Of a stretch of 64,000 bases of DNA, positions 40,985 through 51,660 are shown in pieces. Positions within the stretch are counted from its first letter, which is position 1. Each line of letters opens with the position of its first letter. This DNA is from Candidatus Latescibacterota bacterium (GTDB lineage: Bacteria > Latescibacterota > UBA2968 > UBA8231): positions 1,344,001 to 1,408,000 of the forward strand of contig OY730476.1 of the NCBI GenBank assembly GCA_963422735.1, in the 5' to 3' direction. The position numbers and the translations under genes were made by a program. The notes beneath the pieces are model-generated. The model saw nothing but the letters and a program-made list of their open reading frames with translations, was not told the DNA's origin and searched no databases.

Positions 40985-42862
40985 GTGGAAATCCACCCCT
41001 TCGGCCTGTGGCCCAGCCCCCTCTCGCCCGACGAGTTGGCCAGCTCCACGCGCCTCCGCGATGTGGCTTGGGATACCGATGGCCGCACCCTCGTCTGGCT
41101 GGAGAGCCGGGGGCCACAGGGCGTACTCGTCTGCCAAGAGCCGGGCACTGCCCCGCGCGACCTCAACGCCACACTCTCGGTCCGCGCCCAAGTCGGCTAC
41201 GGCGGCGGCGACTTTGCCGTCGCCCGCGGCCACGCGTACTTCGCCGAGCACTGCGGTCGTCTCTACCGCCAGCCGCTAGCCTGTGGCCCAGCCCAGCCGA
41301 TGACGCCCCAGTTCGGCCATGCCGCGTCTCCTGCCCCTGCACCAACGGGGCGTCATATCGTGTACGTCCACAGTTACGAGGGGCGCGACGCGTTGGCCAT
41401 CGTAGATGCCGCCGGGGGCTTTTGGCCGCAAATCCTCGCGGAGGGGGCCGACTTCTACATGCAGCCAGCTTGGCACCCCAAGGGCGACCGTTTGGCTTGG
41501 ATCGAGTGGGATCATCCGCAAATGCCTTGGGACGGCACCCGCCTAGTGCTGGGCCAGCTTGTGCATAGCCGCCGCGGACTGCCCAGCCTGCGCACAACCG
41601 AAGTACTCGCCGGCGATGCGGACACCGCCATTGCCCAGCCTTGTTTTTCGCCCGACGGCTGCTATCTGGTCTATGCCTCGGACGAGCGCGGCTACAGCAA
41701 CCTCTGGTGCCGCGACCTGGCTAGTGGTGCCACGCGCTGCCTGTGCGAGGACGCCAACGACATCGCCACTCCCGCTTGGGTGCAGGGCCTGCGGACATTC
41801 GCGTGGGCCGCTGATAGCCGCACTTTGTATTTCGTGTGCAGCGAAAGTGCCCAGCGTCTAGCCTACGCGCTCGACTTTGCCAGTGGGGTAGTCTCCAAGG
41901 TCGAGGCGCTGGCCGCGTACACCCACATCGAACAACTCGCTGCAGCCCCGCGCGGCAAGGGCTTGGCCTGCATTGCCGCGGCTAGCGCGATCCCCGCTCG
42001 CATCGTCGCCGGTACTGCCAGCCAAATAGCAGTCCGCGCTCGCTCGGCCAGCGAGTTGCTTGCCCCCGCCGATCTCTCTACACCCGAGCCGGTTTCCTGG
42101 GTCAGCGAGGACGCCACGCAAGTCCACGGGCTATACTATCCTCCGGCCAGTCGCTGCTTTACTGGCCGTGGCCGCCCGCCGCTGATTGTCATGATCCACG
42201 GCGGCCCCACCGGCCAAGTCGAGACCGGTTTCGAGGCCACCAATCAGTTTTTTGCCACTCGCGGCTTTGCCGTCCTCGACATTGACTACCGAGGTAGCAC
42301 CGGCCGCGGCCGGGCGTACATGAGTGCCCTGCACACCCGCTGGGGCGTCCTCGATGTCGAAGACGCCATCGGCGGTGCCCAGCACCTCGTCGCCAGCGGC
42401 CTCGCCGACCCGAAGCGCCTCGTCATCATGGGCGGCAGCGCCGGTGGCTACACGGTCTTGCGGACGCTCACCACACGGCCCGGTTTCTTCCGCGCTGGCA
42501 TCTGCCTCTACGGCGTGGCCAACCTCTTCACTCTCGCCGCAGACACCCACAAATTTGAGTCCCGCTACCTCGACTCCATGATCGGCCCTCTGCCCGAAGC
42601 TGCTGAGGTCTATCGCGATCGCTCGCCGATCTACGCCGCTGACCAGCTACGCGACCCGATCGCCCTCTTTCAGGGGGCTGATGATCAAGTCGTGCCTCCG
42701 GCTCAAGCCGAGGAGATCGTGGCTTCGCTGCGCCGCCGCAACATACCGCACGTCTATCATCTGTACGAAGGTGAGGGCCACGGCTGGCGCAAGCCCGAGA
42801 CAGTGCGGGCTTTCTACCAAGCCTGCGAGGCCTTTCTCCGCCAGCACGTCCTCTTTGCTTAA
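40985..42862 (+). CDS. S9 family serine peptidase
   Basis: HGGPT, GGSAGG, GADDQVVP, EGHG. Confidence 0.93.
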   Translation: MEIHPFGLWPSPLSPDELASSTRLRDVAWDTDGRTLVWLESRGPQGVLVCQEPGTAPRDLNATLSVRAQVGYGGGDFAVARGHAYFAEHCGRLYRQPLACGPAQPMTPQFGHAASPAPAPTGRHIVYVHSYEGRDALAIVDAAGGFWPQILAEGADFYMQPAWHPKGDRLAWIEWDHPQMPWDGTRLVLGQLVHSRRGLPSLRTTEVLAGDADTAIAQPCFSPDGCYLVYASDERGYSNLWCRDLASGATRCLCEDANDIATPAWVQGLRTFAWAADSRTLYFVCSESAQRLAYALDFASGVVSKVEALAAYTHIEQLAAAPRGKGLACIAAASAIPARIVAGTASQIAVRARSASELLAPADLSTPEPVSWVSEDATQVHGLYYPPASRCFTGRGRPPLIVMIHGGPTGQVETGFEATNQFFATRGFAVLDIDYRGSTGRGRAYMSALHTRWGVLDVEDAIGGAQHLVASGLADPKRLVIMGGSAGGYTVLRTLTTRPGFFRAGICLYGVANLFTLAADTHKFESRYLDSMIGPLPEAAEVYRDRSPIYAADQLRDPIALFQGADDQVVPPAQAEEIVASLRRRNIPHVYHLYEGEGHGWRKPETVRAFYQACEAFLRQHVLFA

Positions 42863-42891
42863 CGGACTTTCCTAGAATAAGGACTGTTTAA

Positions 42892-42945
42892 TCAGTGGTT
42901 AGTGGTCAGTGGTTAGTGGTCAGTGGTTAGTGGTCAGTGGTTAGT
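42892..42945. repeat. Heptamer tandem repeat T(C/T)AGTGG, 7 copies plus a partial
   Basis: Strictly alternating TCAGTGG/TTAGTGG units. Confidence 0.95.
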
Positions 42946-43116
42946 CCCATCCGCCCCCTTGGCGGCGGGTACCGCCCCGGAACATCGACGCAGGGGACCG
43001 CGCTAGCCCGGACGAGGGCTACGGGCCAGCCGAGTGATACCGCCTAAATGAAACCTGAATCCCCAACCGTACACTAGGAAATTCCATTGTTTAAAGCTCG
43101 CCCAAAGGAGCGTCCC

Positions 43117-44547
43117 TTGCGCTACGAAACCGTAATCGGCATGGAAGTCCACGTCGAGTTGCAAACCGCCTCCAAGATGTTTTGTGCCTGTGCGGCCGAT
43201 CACTTTCAGGTGGCGGCCAACGCCCATATCTGCCCAGTGTGTACCGGCCAGCCCGGCGCCTTGCCCGCAATCAACGGCCGCGCGGTCGAGCTGACGGTCA
43301 TGGCCGGCGTGGCCCTTCATTGCCAAATCAAGCCCCGCAGCGTCTTTGCACGCAAAAACTACGTTTATCCCGACTTGCCCAAGGGCTACCAGATTTCGCA
43401 ATACGAGCAGCCCCTGTGCGAGAGCGGCTGGATAGAGATCGACGGCGCGGGCGGCCCCAAGAAAATCGGCGTCGTCCGCGTCCACCTCGAAGAGGACACC
43501 GGCAAGCTCCAGCACACCGGCCGCGCCAGCCTGATCGACTACAACCGCGCCGGCGTGCCGCTGATGGAAATCGTCACCGACTCCTCGCTCCGCTCGGCCG
43601 ACGAGAGCTATGCTTACTTGACCCAGATCCGCCAGATCGTTCGCTACCTAGGCGCGTCCTCTGGCGACATGGAAAAAGGGGCCATGCGCTGCGAGGCCAA
43701 CATCTCGATCCGGCCTGCGGGCAGCCAAGAATTGGGCACCAAGGTCGAGGTCAAAAACCTCAATTCCTTCCGAGCCGTGCGCAGCGCCATTGCCTGCGAA
43801 GCCGAGCGCCAGCAACGCATCGTCGAAGCCGGCGGCCACGTTCGCCAAGAGACTATGGGCTGGGACGAACGCGCCAATATCACCCGTCCGCAGCGCAGCA
43901 AGGAAACCTCGGACGACTATCGCTACTTCCCAGAGCCAGACCTGCTCGTCGCGGACTTAGACGACGAGTGGATCGCCAGAGTCCGCGCCAGCTTGCCCGA
44001 GCTGCCCGACGCCAAAGCCGCGCGCTTTGCCACCACTTACGGACTCAACCCACAGGAGATAGTCGCCTTGATCGAGGACCAAGCCGTGGCCGCGTATTTT
44101 GAAGAGGCTGCACAGATACAAGGCGCAGACCCCAAGCAGGTGGGCAACTGGATCACCGGGGAAATTTTTCGCCGCCTCAACGCCGAGGGCGGGTCAATTG
44201 AGGACGTCGAGGTTCAGCCAGCCGCGCTCGTCGAGTTGCTCTCCTTAGTCAAAAAGGGCACGATCAACCAAAACGCGGCCCGTGAAGTCTTTGACCAACT
44301 GTGGGAACAGGGCGGCTCGCCCGCCGAGATTGTCGCCGCGCGCGGGCTCGGGCAAATCTCCGACAGCGGGGAACTCGACCAAGCGGTAGCCGAGGTGATC
44401 GCCGCACATCCCGACGTCGTCGCAAAAATCAAGGGCGGCAACCACAAAACCGTGCAATTTCTGATGGGTCAAGTGATGCGGGCGACGAGGGGGAAGGCCA
44501 ACCCGCAGCTCGTGCAAGAATTGTTGCGCAAGCAGCTAGATATCTAA
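43117..44547 (+). CDS. gatB: Asp-tRNA(Asn)/Glu-tRNA(Gln) amidotransferase subunit B
   Basis: [38 protein letters not shown]; TTG start with AAGGAG RBS. Confidence 0.97.
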   Translation: MRYETVIGMEVHVELQTASKMFCACAADHFQVAANAHICPVCTGQPGALPAINGRAVELTVMAGVALHCQIKPRSVFARKNYVYPDLPKGYQISQYEQPLCESGWIEIDGAGGPKKIGVVRVHLEEDTGKLQHTGRASLIDYNRAGVPLMEIVTDSSLRSADESYAYLTQIRQIVRYLGASSGDMEKGAMRCEANISIRPAGSQELGTKVEVKNLNSFRAVRSAIACEAERQQRIVEAGGHVRQETMGWDERANITRPQRSKETSDDYRYFPEPDLLVADLDDEWIARVRASLPELPDAKAARFATTYGLNPQEIVALIEDQAVAAYFEEAAQIQGADPKQVGNWITGEIFRRLNAEGGSIEDVEVQPAALVELLSLVKKGTINQNAAREVFDQLWEQGGSPAEIVAARGLGQISDSGELDQAVAEVIAAHPDVVAKIKGGNHKTVQFLMGQVMRATRGKANPQLVQELLRKQLDI

Positions 44548-45797
44548 AACGGTGCGACGAAGAGAAGCTCGCGTTTCTGCACGACCCCCTGCTTCGACGG
44601 CACTGCGCTCAGCGGAGTCGAAGCATCTATATGGTACACAGCGAGTCTCAAAATCTCGGCGTCTGCAACGCGAGGTCGCCAATTTTCTTTAACGGCAGGG
44701 CCGTTATATCCTGCGCGAGCGGGTACTCCAAGTCGCCGGGATAGATCACTCACAGGTGCTCAAGCCCTAAATCCTCAATGACGATGCGCATGGATTTGGT
44801 CGTGCGCGGGGCGTCAGTGCATTTGAACTCAAAACCCCAGCGTTTTCCCCGTCGCAGCAGCAGCAGATCCAACTCGGCACCGCGTTGGGTGGCGTAGAAA
44901 TAGGCTTGGTCCTGACCGTGTGCGAGCAACGTTTGTTCGAGCGCGAACCCCTCCCAGCTAGTGCCGTAGCGCGGGTGCATGGCCAGTTCCGCCATGTCTT
45001 CAATCCCCAGCAGGAAGTGCAGAATACCGCTGTCGCGCAGGTACACCTTCGGGGACTTCACCATCCGCTTGCCCAAGTTCTCAAACCACGGCAGCAGCAC
45101 CCGAATCATAAAGGTACCGGCTAGCAGATCGCGGTAGTGGTTCACCGCCGTGGCGCTCACATCCATGGAACGCCCTAGTTCCGCAGCATTCCAAGTTTGC
45201 CCGTGGTAGGCCCAATGCTTCCGGCGACACCTTGGAACCCAAGCTGGGGATGTCCCGTTCCAGAAACGTGCGCGTAAACGACTGCATCCACCGCTTCCAA
45301 GCCGCCGCCGACCGCGCCAACCACGCACGTGGAAAGCCACCGCTCATCCAGAGCCGATTCTGATGCTCCGGCCCCACCTCTGCCAACGAGAAGCCGCCCA
45401 CATCCACGAACAGAAGCCGCCCCGCCAGCGTCTCGGAGATGCCTTGGATCATGTCCCAAGAGGCACTGCCGAGCAGCAGAAAGACGGCCTTCCGATTCGG
45501 ATCGTCGCACGCCGGGCGCAGTACCTCGAACAGGAACGGGAGGCGTTGCACCTCATCGATGACGATCAAACCCTCGCTGTTGCGCAATAGGGTTTCCGGC
45601 GTTTGCGACAACGCTTCGCGGACGGTCGCGATCTCCAAGTCGAACACTGTTGACCGGCCCGGCCATGCCGCTGCGACTTGTTGCACCAACGTCGTCTTGC
45701 CGACCTGCCGGGTACCGAGTAAGGCCACAGTCGGTGCCTCTTCAAGACTGATAGCTGCCCCGGAGAGCAGGGCCGAGCGGGGAATAGATTATTGCAT
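44544..45797 (-). pseudogene. AAA_14 + DUF4143 ATP-binding protein, disrupted
   Basis: GTRQVGKT, IDEVQ, KSPKVYLRDSG, ELDLL...EFK distributed over several frames with stops. Confidence 0.8.
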
Positions 45798-45853
45798 ATC
45801 GTTTATATACTATTTGATTTTCGACAAGAATACCCTATTCCACAGATAGCGCA

Positions 45854-46387
45854 ATGGCCCGGGAGTCCTCAGACAAGATCCATTGACACGGCTTATCTAT
45901 CCGCGCCCGCCTCGACCTCACCCAAGAGCAACTCGCCGAGCGGCTCGGCATCTCCTTCGCTAGCATCAACCACCGGGAGGGTGGCGCGAGCAGGCAGCAA
46001 AAGGCAGCACAAGAGGCCATCGCCGCACTCGCTGTCGAAGCGGGCGTTGACGCAGCCGAGCCAACCGAAGCGGCCGGGCGCGTGACGCAGCGGCGGAAAG
46101 GCAAAGGCCGGGCGGCCGGGCCTTCGACCAAGCCCATGGAACAAATGCTGTGGGATGCGGCCTGCTCCATCCGCGGCGAGAAAGACGCCGCCAAGTTTAA
46201 GGACTACCTGCTGCCGCTCCTATTCCTCAAGCGGCTATCCGATGTGTTCAACGACGAGATCCAGCGGCTAGTCGAGGAATACGGCGACCGAGACATCGCG
46301 CTGGAAATCGCCGAGGGTGAGATTCGGGTTATTTATCTTGACCTGCCTACCATTACCATTGAAGGAGCCGAGTGCTCCAATAAATAG
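45854..46387 (+). pseudogene. XRE-HTH fused to type I R-M methyltransferase (HsdM) N-terminus, remnant
   Basis: [18 protein letters not shown] in frame with [10 protein letters not shown]...[13 protein letters not shown]; early TGA; truncated. Confidence 0.75.
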
Positions 46388-46483
46388 AGGCTGAGCAATG
46401 CGAGATGAGTTCGATAATGGCAAACTTGCGATCTCATCATGGACACTGTCCAGCATGGTGCAGCCGTCTGATATGGAGACAAC

Positions 46484-46745
46484 TTGAAACTAACGAAAGT
46501 CCGTATCACCGATTTCCAGAGCATTCAGGATTCAACCGAATTTGGTATCGATGATGCCATCTGTTTGGTTGGGAAGAACGAAGCGGGAAAGACCGCCCTT
46601 CTCAAGGCTCTGTACCGTTTGAATCCCATCGTCGAGGGAGAAGGGCACTTCGATACCACCGATGACTACCTCCGCTGCTCGGTGAGTGATTACGAAGACG
46701 ATATTGCGGCTGGAAATCGCGAGCCGGCCACAGTCGTCATTGGTG
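46484..46745 (+). pseudogene. OLD/AAA_15 ATP-dependent nuclease N-terminal fragment
   Basis: VRITDFQSI...LVGKNEAGKTALL, then an abrupt switch to HsdR sequence. Confidence 0.7.
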
Positions 46746-47430
46746 AAGCTGCGACCCAAATTCAAGAAAGCGGATGCGAATCCGCAGATCCTCATCGTCA
46801 CCGACAAGCTGCTCACAGGCTACGACGCGCCGCTCTTCTACTGCCTGTATCTCGACGAATCCATGTGCGACCACGTGCTCCTGCAAGCCATCGCACGCGT
46901 GAACCGCCCTTACGGTACGCAAAAACGGATCGGCCTCGTAGTCGATCTTGTCGGCGTACTGCGCGAACTGAAAAAGGCATTGCTGTTCGACTCGTCTGAC
47001 GTCAACGGCGCAATAGAGGACCTCAATCTCCTGCTAAGCGAGGTACAGGAGAATCCTGCCCAAGAGGGGCCCTGACGTGGTGCTGCGAAGCGCACCAAGC
47101 TCGGACGCGGCCTCCGGCGGGCAGTCGAAACCGAGCCGGACCTGGTGCCAGTGCTGCTGCTCTTAAAGGAACGCGCCGAAAGCATCCTGAAAGAACTGGA
47201 AGCACGAGACAACGGGCTATCGCCATGCGCGTTCGCCGTCCATTGGGCACTGAAGATCGCTGGCATCGCCATCATGGCGTTTCTCGACCGCTTTCCCAAC
47301 GCGGCCGTCAACGCCGATGAGCAACGACGGCGGCGCACGGCCCTCTATGTCCCGTTGCTGCAACTGCACCGGGACAAACGGAGCCGCGTCGTAGAGCACA
47401 CCCTCGGCATTTTGAAAGCAAGCCGCCTGA
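46745..47430 (+). pseudogene. Type I restriction subunit HsdR C-terminal fragments
   Basis: [15 protein letters not shown]...[12 protein letters not shown] motif. Confidence 0.75.
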
Positions 47431-47439
47431 CGAACGGCG

Positions 47440-47660
47440 CGAGGTCATGCGCGAGCGCGGCGCCTCTTGGACGCGGCGGCTGAAGGTCCAGCGCGTACAG
47501 CGCATGACGCGCAAGAAAGGCCCGTGTTCAGCCGCGGACTCGCCGATCAGGACTTAGGCTTCCAAGAACTCGTCATTGTCCACGAGCTGCTGCACCTGCG
47601 CGTGCCCGCTGTTCAAGGCCTTGCTGACGGCCCACGTGCCCGCTTGGCAAACGCATGCTG
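47440..47660 (+). pseudogene. M48/YgjP-like metallopeptidase fragment
   Basis: VIVHELLHLRVP, in the position where this gene typically follows hsdR. Confidence 0.6.
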
Positions 47661-47661
47661 C

Positions 47662-50600
47662 TCAGCGCACCAAGGCCAAGCGGCCCACTGCGACAAACGA
47701 ATCCGCCACCAAGCGATAGAAGTAAACCCCCGAGGCCACCACCCGCCCGCCTTGGTCGCATCCATCCCAGACGAATCGATAGCGGCCAGCCGCTAACGCC
47801 CCATCCACGAGGTGGCGTACGGGCCGGCCCAGCGCGTCGTAGAGCACCAGCGCGACCGAAGCTGCCTTTGGCAGGTCAAACGACAGCGCAACCTCGGCGT
47901 TGAAGGGGTTAGGATAGGCCGGATGCAGTGCAAAGTCGGCGGGCAAGACCACCGCCTTGGACGCTCCTTCCTCCGTGCGAAACGGCACCCACGCCACCGC
48001 GCCCTCGATCTGCGCGGCAATGGCCGCGCTGTCGGCCCCGCTCCAGTAGTTGTCTTGGGCATCCAGCTCCTCGGTGCTCAAGTTCTCAATGGCCGTGGCG
48101 TTGTTGGCAAAGGTGTTGCCACGAATCGCCGGCGGCACCTGCGGCCCTTCGGCCCGGATGGCTACCGTATTGTCCGCAAAGCGGTTGCCGACGATATGCG
48201 GCGCAGAATCCACAGATTGGAGCGCTGGGGTCCCGCGGACAAACTCGCTGGCGCGAATTTCCAACGACTCCACGCCGGCTAGCTCCAAACCCCGACCCCC
48301 GACAAACGAACTCATCTCAATCACCCCTCTCGTCCCCAGCCCCAAGCGCAGGCCCGCAGTAACATGGGCCCTAAACGTCGAGTTCCATATCTCCACCAGC
48401 GATCCGGCGATTTCGGCACCGGCGCGCAGGTTGCGCTCGACCAGCACCTGTGCAAGGACCAAACGCGCCGCACCCTCGGCGCGCAGGCCATCGCCTTGGT
48501 TGCCGACGATGCGGCTGTCGTGCAATTCCACTTCACCTAGCCACTCCTCCAAATCCATGCCGTGCGCAGTGTTTTGCTCAATCTGCGACTTCCACATCTC
48601 GATGCGTTGGCCGCGGCCGCCTATGGCCCGTACCCCAGTCCGCGGGTCGTCCGGGTCGAGGCGACCGTTGTCGATTATGGCGACGCGGATGGCCTCTAAG
48701 GATGCGTTGTTGAGCAGGATCCCCTCTTGGCCGTTGCCCTCAATGGTGACGTTCCGCAGCGCAAGCTGTCCACTGCCAGCGATGAGTACGGCCGGGCCGG
48801 CGATGGTGGTAAATTCGGTCCGATCTACCTGTGCTTGGCCGTTGAGCGTCAGCCGCAGGCCATTGCCGCCGCTTTCGCGCACCGCGGAGTCGGCTATGCG
48901 CAGGTTCGTCTCCTCGTCAATCTCGCCGCTAAAGGCAAAACCCGTACGCGTTAGCTCGGCGTGCTGCACCTCAACTTGAGCACTTGGCAGCACGCGAATG
49001 CCATACCACAGGCCATCGTTGTCCGGACCGGGATCAGTGCTTAGCTGCGCCCGCTGTCCGGCCACCCCTTCAATCGTCAACGCGCCTTCCACGATCAGTT
49101 CGGCGAAGTCCGGGGACACGCCGCGGCGGCTGAGATCAAAGCGAGCAAAAGACACGCTGCTCGGGCCAATGTGCAGTTCGGACCCGGCCGGCACCAGCAA
49201 ATCCGCGTACACGGCCCGCTCGTCCAGCCACTGCGTTCGCCCCGGAGGTAAGCGGAAGCCGACGACCCCGCGATGGGCGTGTTCAATCGCGATGGCCCCT
49301 AAATCGACCGCTTGGCCGTCGAGCAGGTAAATGCCCGACCAATCCGAGGGGCCGGTGCGCATCGCCCTCGACGCAAAAGAGGCGCCCGCTCCGATTTTGA
49401 GATCGCCATAGACGATCAGCTCGCTGCGGTCTGGATCAAACCCCGTGCCCTGTGCATCGCCGCGGGCGAAGCGGATCTCCGCATCGGCATCAATGGTCAG
49501 CGTTGCGCCCGGCACCACGACCACGTCCCCGTCCAACTCCACTCGGCCCGTCCACGTCGCGTTGCCGCCAATATGGCCGGTGCGTTGTTCCCGGACCACA
49601 TCGACGACCATAACTGCGCCGTGCGGGCGGATGTTGTCTATGGCCACGCCCAACGGCAAGTTCCGCGCAAAGCCCGTGTGCCCGCTGAAGGCCGGATTCG
49701 TGTCCCAAGCGAAGCGGCGAAAGCGAATGCCGTCAAAGGGGTCGGTCGCATCGCCCTCGTTGCCATTGTGCGCCGAAGAGTACGCCGAGTCCCGCGCCCA
49801 AAAATCGAGATTGTCCAGTCCCTCCACGGTATCGGGGTCGCCGCCGGGAAAACCTCGGTCGGCAAAAAGCCCATCGGCGCAGACTAAATCGACCTGTTTG
49901 TGGCGTTCCTCGTCGTTGTCTGCCTGTTCGTCTATGTGCCAGATGAGCAGGCCGTCTTGCGGGATATGGCGGTTGTAGTACGAGCCGTCCGCGCGCCGGT
50001 GTTCCAGCAGGAAGTACTCATCTTGGCTCAGGGGAATTTTAAACACCTTCCGGTCGCTGAAGATCTCCCCGATTTCCAGCCCCTCGACGCTCCCTTGCAC
50101 TTCCACCACCTCCACCCAACCGAGGGTGGCCAGCGACCAAGCTGAAAATGCGTTGGGGCCATCTCCCCCGCCCCAACCCAACGTCCCTCGGCCCATGATT
50201 CCCCACTTGCCAATGCCCGCTGAATCGTCCTCCGGGTCCAACTCGGCCGCGATCAACGCCGTCTGATCGAATAGATCGGGCAACCCCAACACATGCGCGA
50301 ACTCGTGGCACATCGTCGAGGCCGTGACGCTGAAGGTGTGGCCCCGCTGGGTGGTACCGCTAAAACCTGTGAAGCGACTCCGCACCTGCACAAAGCCGCC
50401 GCTGGCCGCTGGATCGCCGCTGATGTAATCGGTGTCCAGCCCCAAGCTGGCGATACCAGTGGCCACGCCAACAAAAAAGTCGCGGGGCGAGGTATGCAGG
50501 TTGATAAAGACGATATCGACGTACCCGTCGTCGTCGCCAGAGTTGGGCACTCCGTCGGGGCCGTCGTTGTCAAAGAGACCTAAGTCCATGTCTGCATCCG

Positions 50601-50985
50601 CTGCAGTGAGGATCTCCAAATTGAAGCGCCCGAATTGGCCCAAGCTTCCTGGGATATCGGCTAGATAGGCCTCGGCACGCTCACGGGAGCGATAGCGCCG
50701 AGGTAACACTTGGCCATCAATGTGGAGCCGTCCGTCCGACATCCCGCGGTAGAAGTGGGCAAAACTGCCGGGCAACTCGGCGTCGAAAAGGTCATTCGCC
50801 CACAAGGGGGCCGAGTCTCCGGCCCCCTCGTCTGCAAACTGCGCGAAGATAACCAGCGCATTCAGATGCTCCGGCGTCTGCACAACCTGCTGCGCTGCCG
50901 ACTCCAACGCCGCGCAGGCAAATTCAGCCGCTAGGGCTTGGGAAGGGAGGAAGAGGAGGAGGAAAAGGAACAATCGCTGCGTCAT
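47662..50985 (-). CDS. M6 family metalloprotease with beta-helix and FlgD/T9SS-like C-terminus (paralog of 30981-33647)
   Basis: Signal peptide; HEFAHVLGLPDLFD; ALHPAYPNPFN. Confidence 0.88.
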   Translation of the reverse strand: MTQRLFLFLLLFLPSQALAAEFACAALESAAQQVVQTPEHLNALVIFAQFADEGAGDSAPLWANDLFDAELPGSFAHFYRGMSDGRLHIDGQVLPRRYRSRERAEAYLADIPGSLGQFGRFNLEILTAADADMDLGLFDNDGPDGVPNSGDDDGYVDIVFINLHTSPRDFFVGVATGIASLGLDTDYISGDPAASGGFVQVRSRFTGFSGTTQRGHTFSVTASTMCHEFAHVLGLPDLFDQTALIAAELDPEDDSAGIGKWGIMGRGTLGWGGGDGPNAFSAWSLATLGWVEVVEVQGSVEGLEIGEIFSDRKVFKIPLSQDEYFLLEHRRADGSYYNRHIPQDGLLIWHIDEQADNDEERHKQVDLVCADGLFADRGFPGGDPDTVEGLDNLDFWARDSAYSSAHNGNEGDATDPFDGIRFRRFAWDTNPAFSGHTGFARNLPLGVAIDNIRPHGAVMVVDVVREQRTGHIGGNATWTGRVELDGDVVVVPGATLTIDADAEIRFARGDAQGTGFDPDRSELIVYGDLKIGAGASFASRAMRTGPSDWSGIYLLDGQAVDLGAIAIEHAHRGVVGFRLPPGRTQWLDERAVYADLLVPAGSELHIGPSSVSFARFDLSRRGVSPDFAELIVEGALTIEGVAGQRAQLSTDPGPDNDGLWYGIRVLPSAQVEVQHAELTRTGFAFSGEIDEETNLRIADSAVRESGGNGLRLTLNGQAQVDRTEFTTIAGPAVLIAGSGQLALRNVTIEGNGQEGILLNNASLEAIRVAIIDNGRLDPDDPRTGVRAIGGRGQRIEMWKSQIEQNTAHGMDLEEWLGEVELHDSRIVGNQGDGLRAEGAARLVLAQVLVERNLRAGAEIAGSLVEIWNSTFRAHVTAGLRLGLGTRGVIEMSSFVGGRGLELAGVESLEIRASEFVRGTPALQSVDSAPHIVGNRFADNTVAIRAEGPQVPPAIRGNTFANNATAIENLSTEELDAQDNYWSGADSAAIAAQIEGAVAWVPFRTEEGASKAVVLPADFALHPAYPNPFNAEVALSFDLPKAASVALVLYDALGRPVRHLVDGALAAGRYRFVWDGCDQGGRVVASGVYFYRLVADSFVAVGRLALVR

Positions 50986-50994
50986 GAAGGATGC

Positions 50995-51660
50995 TCAAAT
51001 CGCCCAATCAAACGGCAGATCACTGATGTCGCGCAACGTAAAATGGTAAATGCAGTCTATGTCGCCAGTGCCATAGGCCAGCGACGCGATTCGCCCCGGT
51101 AATGGTTCGCCAACAACGACGACGATGTGCGGCGTCCTCTCCTTGCGGTTGTGCATCAAGTTCAAACCTTCCGTCCGTGCGTTTTGCGAGCGGTCGCTGC
51201 GAATCGTCCATTTGCACGAAACGCTGGCGTACAAAATATCCGCTTGCGAATTCGCACTACGCAAAGGCGTATGCGTGGCTATTTCGCCTTTTCCCAACAA
51301 CACGTCGTTTTCATCGATCCTCCGCAACACATAGGACAAATGCTGGTATTGCCCGTAATCGCCTATATTACCGCCTAGCGAGAATTCCCACTCGCCCGGA
51401 CGCAGATGGGCTAGCAGTCCAAATGCGTCGCGCAGAAAATCCTTGGTCACCTCCTCGAATCGGTGGCCCGCCGTTTGTCCGGCTAGTCTTTCCGTCTTCA
51501 CTGGGAACCCGATAAGGTCAATAATTCCCCTGCCTATTCTGACGCTTGCCGCGCTCCCGCTATCGGCATTGTTGGGCACACCAGATTCGTTTTGGCGCAG
51601 TACCTTGTCGCAAATCTGGCGATAATATGCGTTTCTCAGTCCTTTGATCCGGCCCGACAT
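50995..51660 (-). pseudogene. NgoMIV-family type II restriction endonuclease with internal deletions
   Basis: SCKWTIRSDRSQNARTEGLN and GTGDIDCIYHF retained; the PD-containing segment and a C-terminal helix appear missing. Confidence 0.75.

Noticed and set aside
42892-42945. Possible CRISPR array
   Set aside because: 7-bp tandem units with no spacers, and no cas genes in the window.
45884-45886. In-frame TGA in the HTH-HsdM gene as selenocysteine
   Set aside because: No redox motif or SECIS-like hairpin, and the locus is otherwise degraded.
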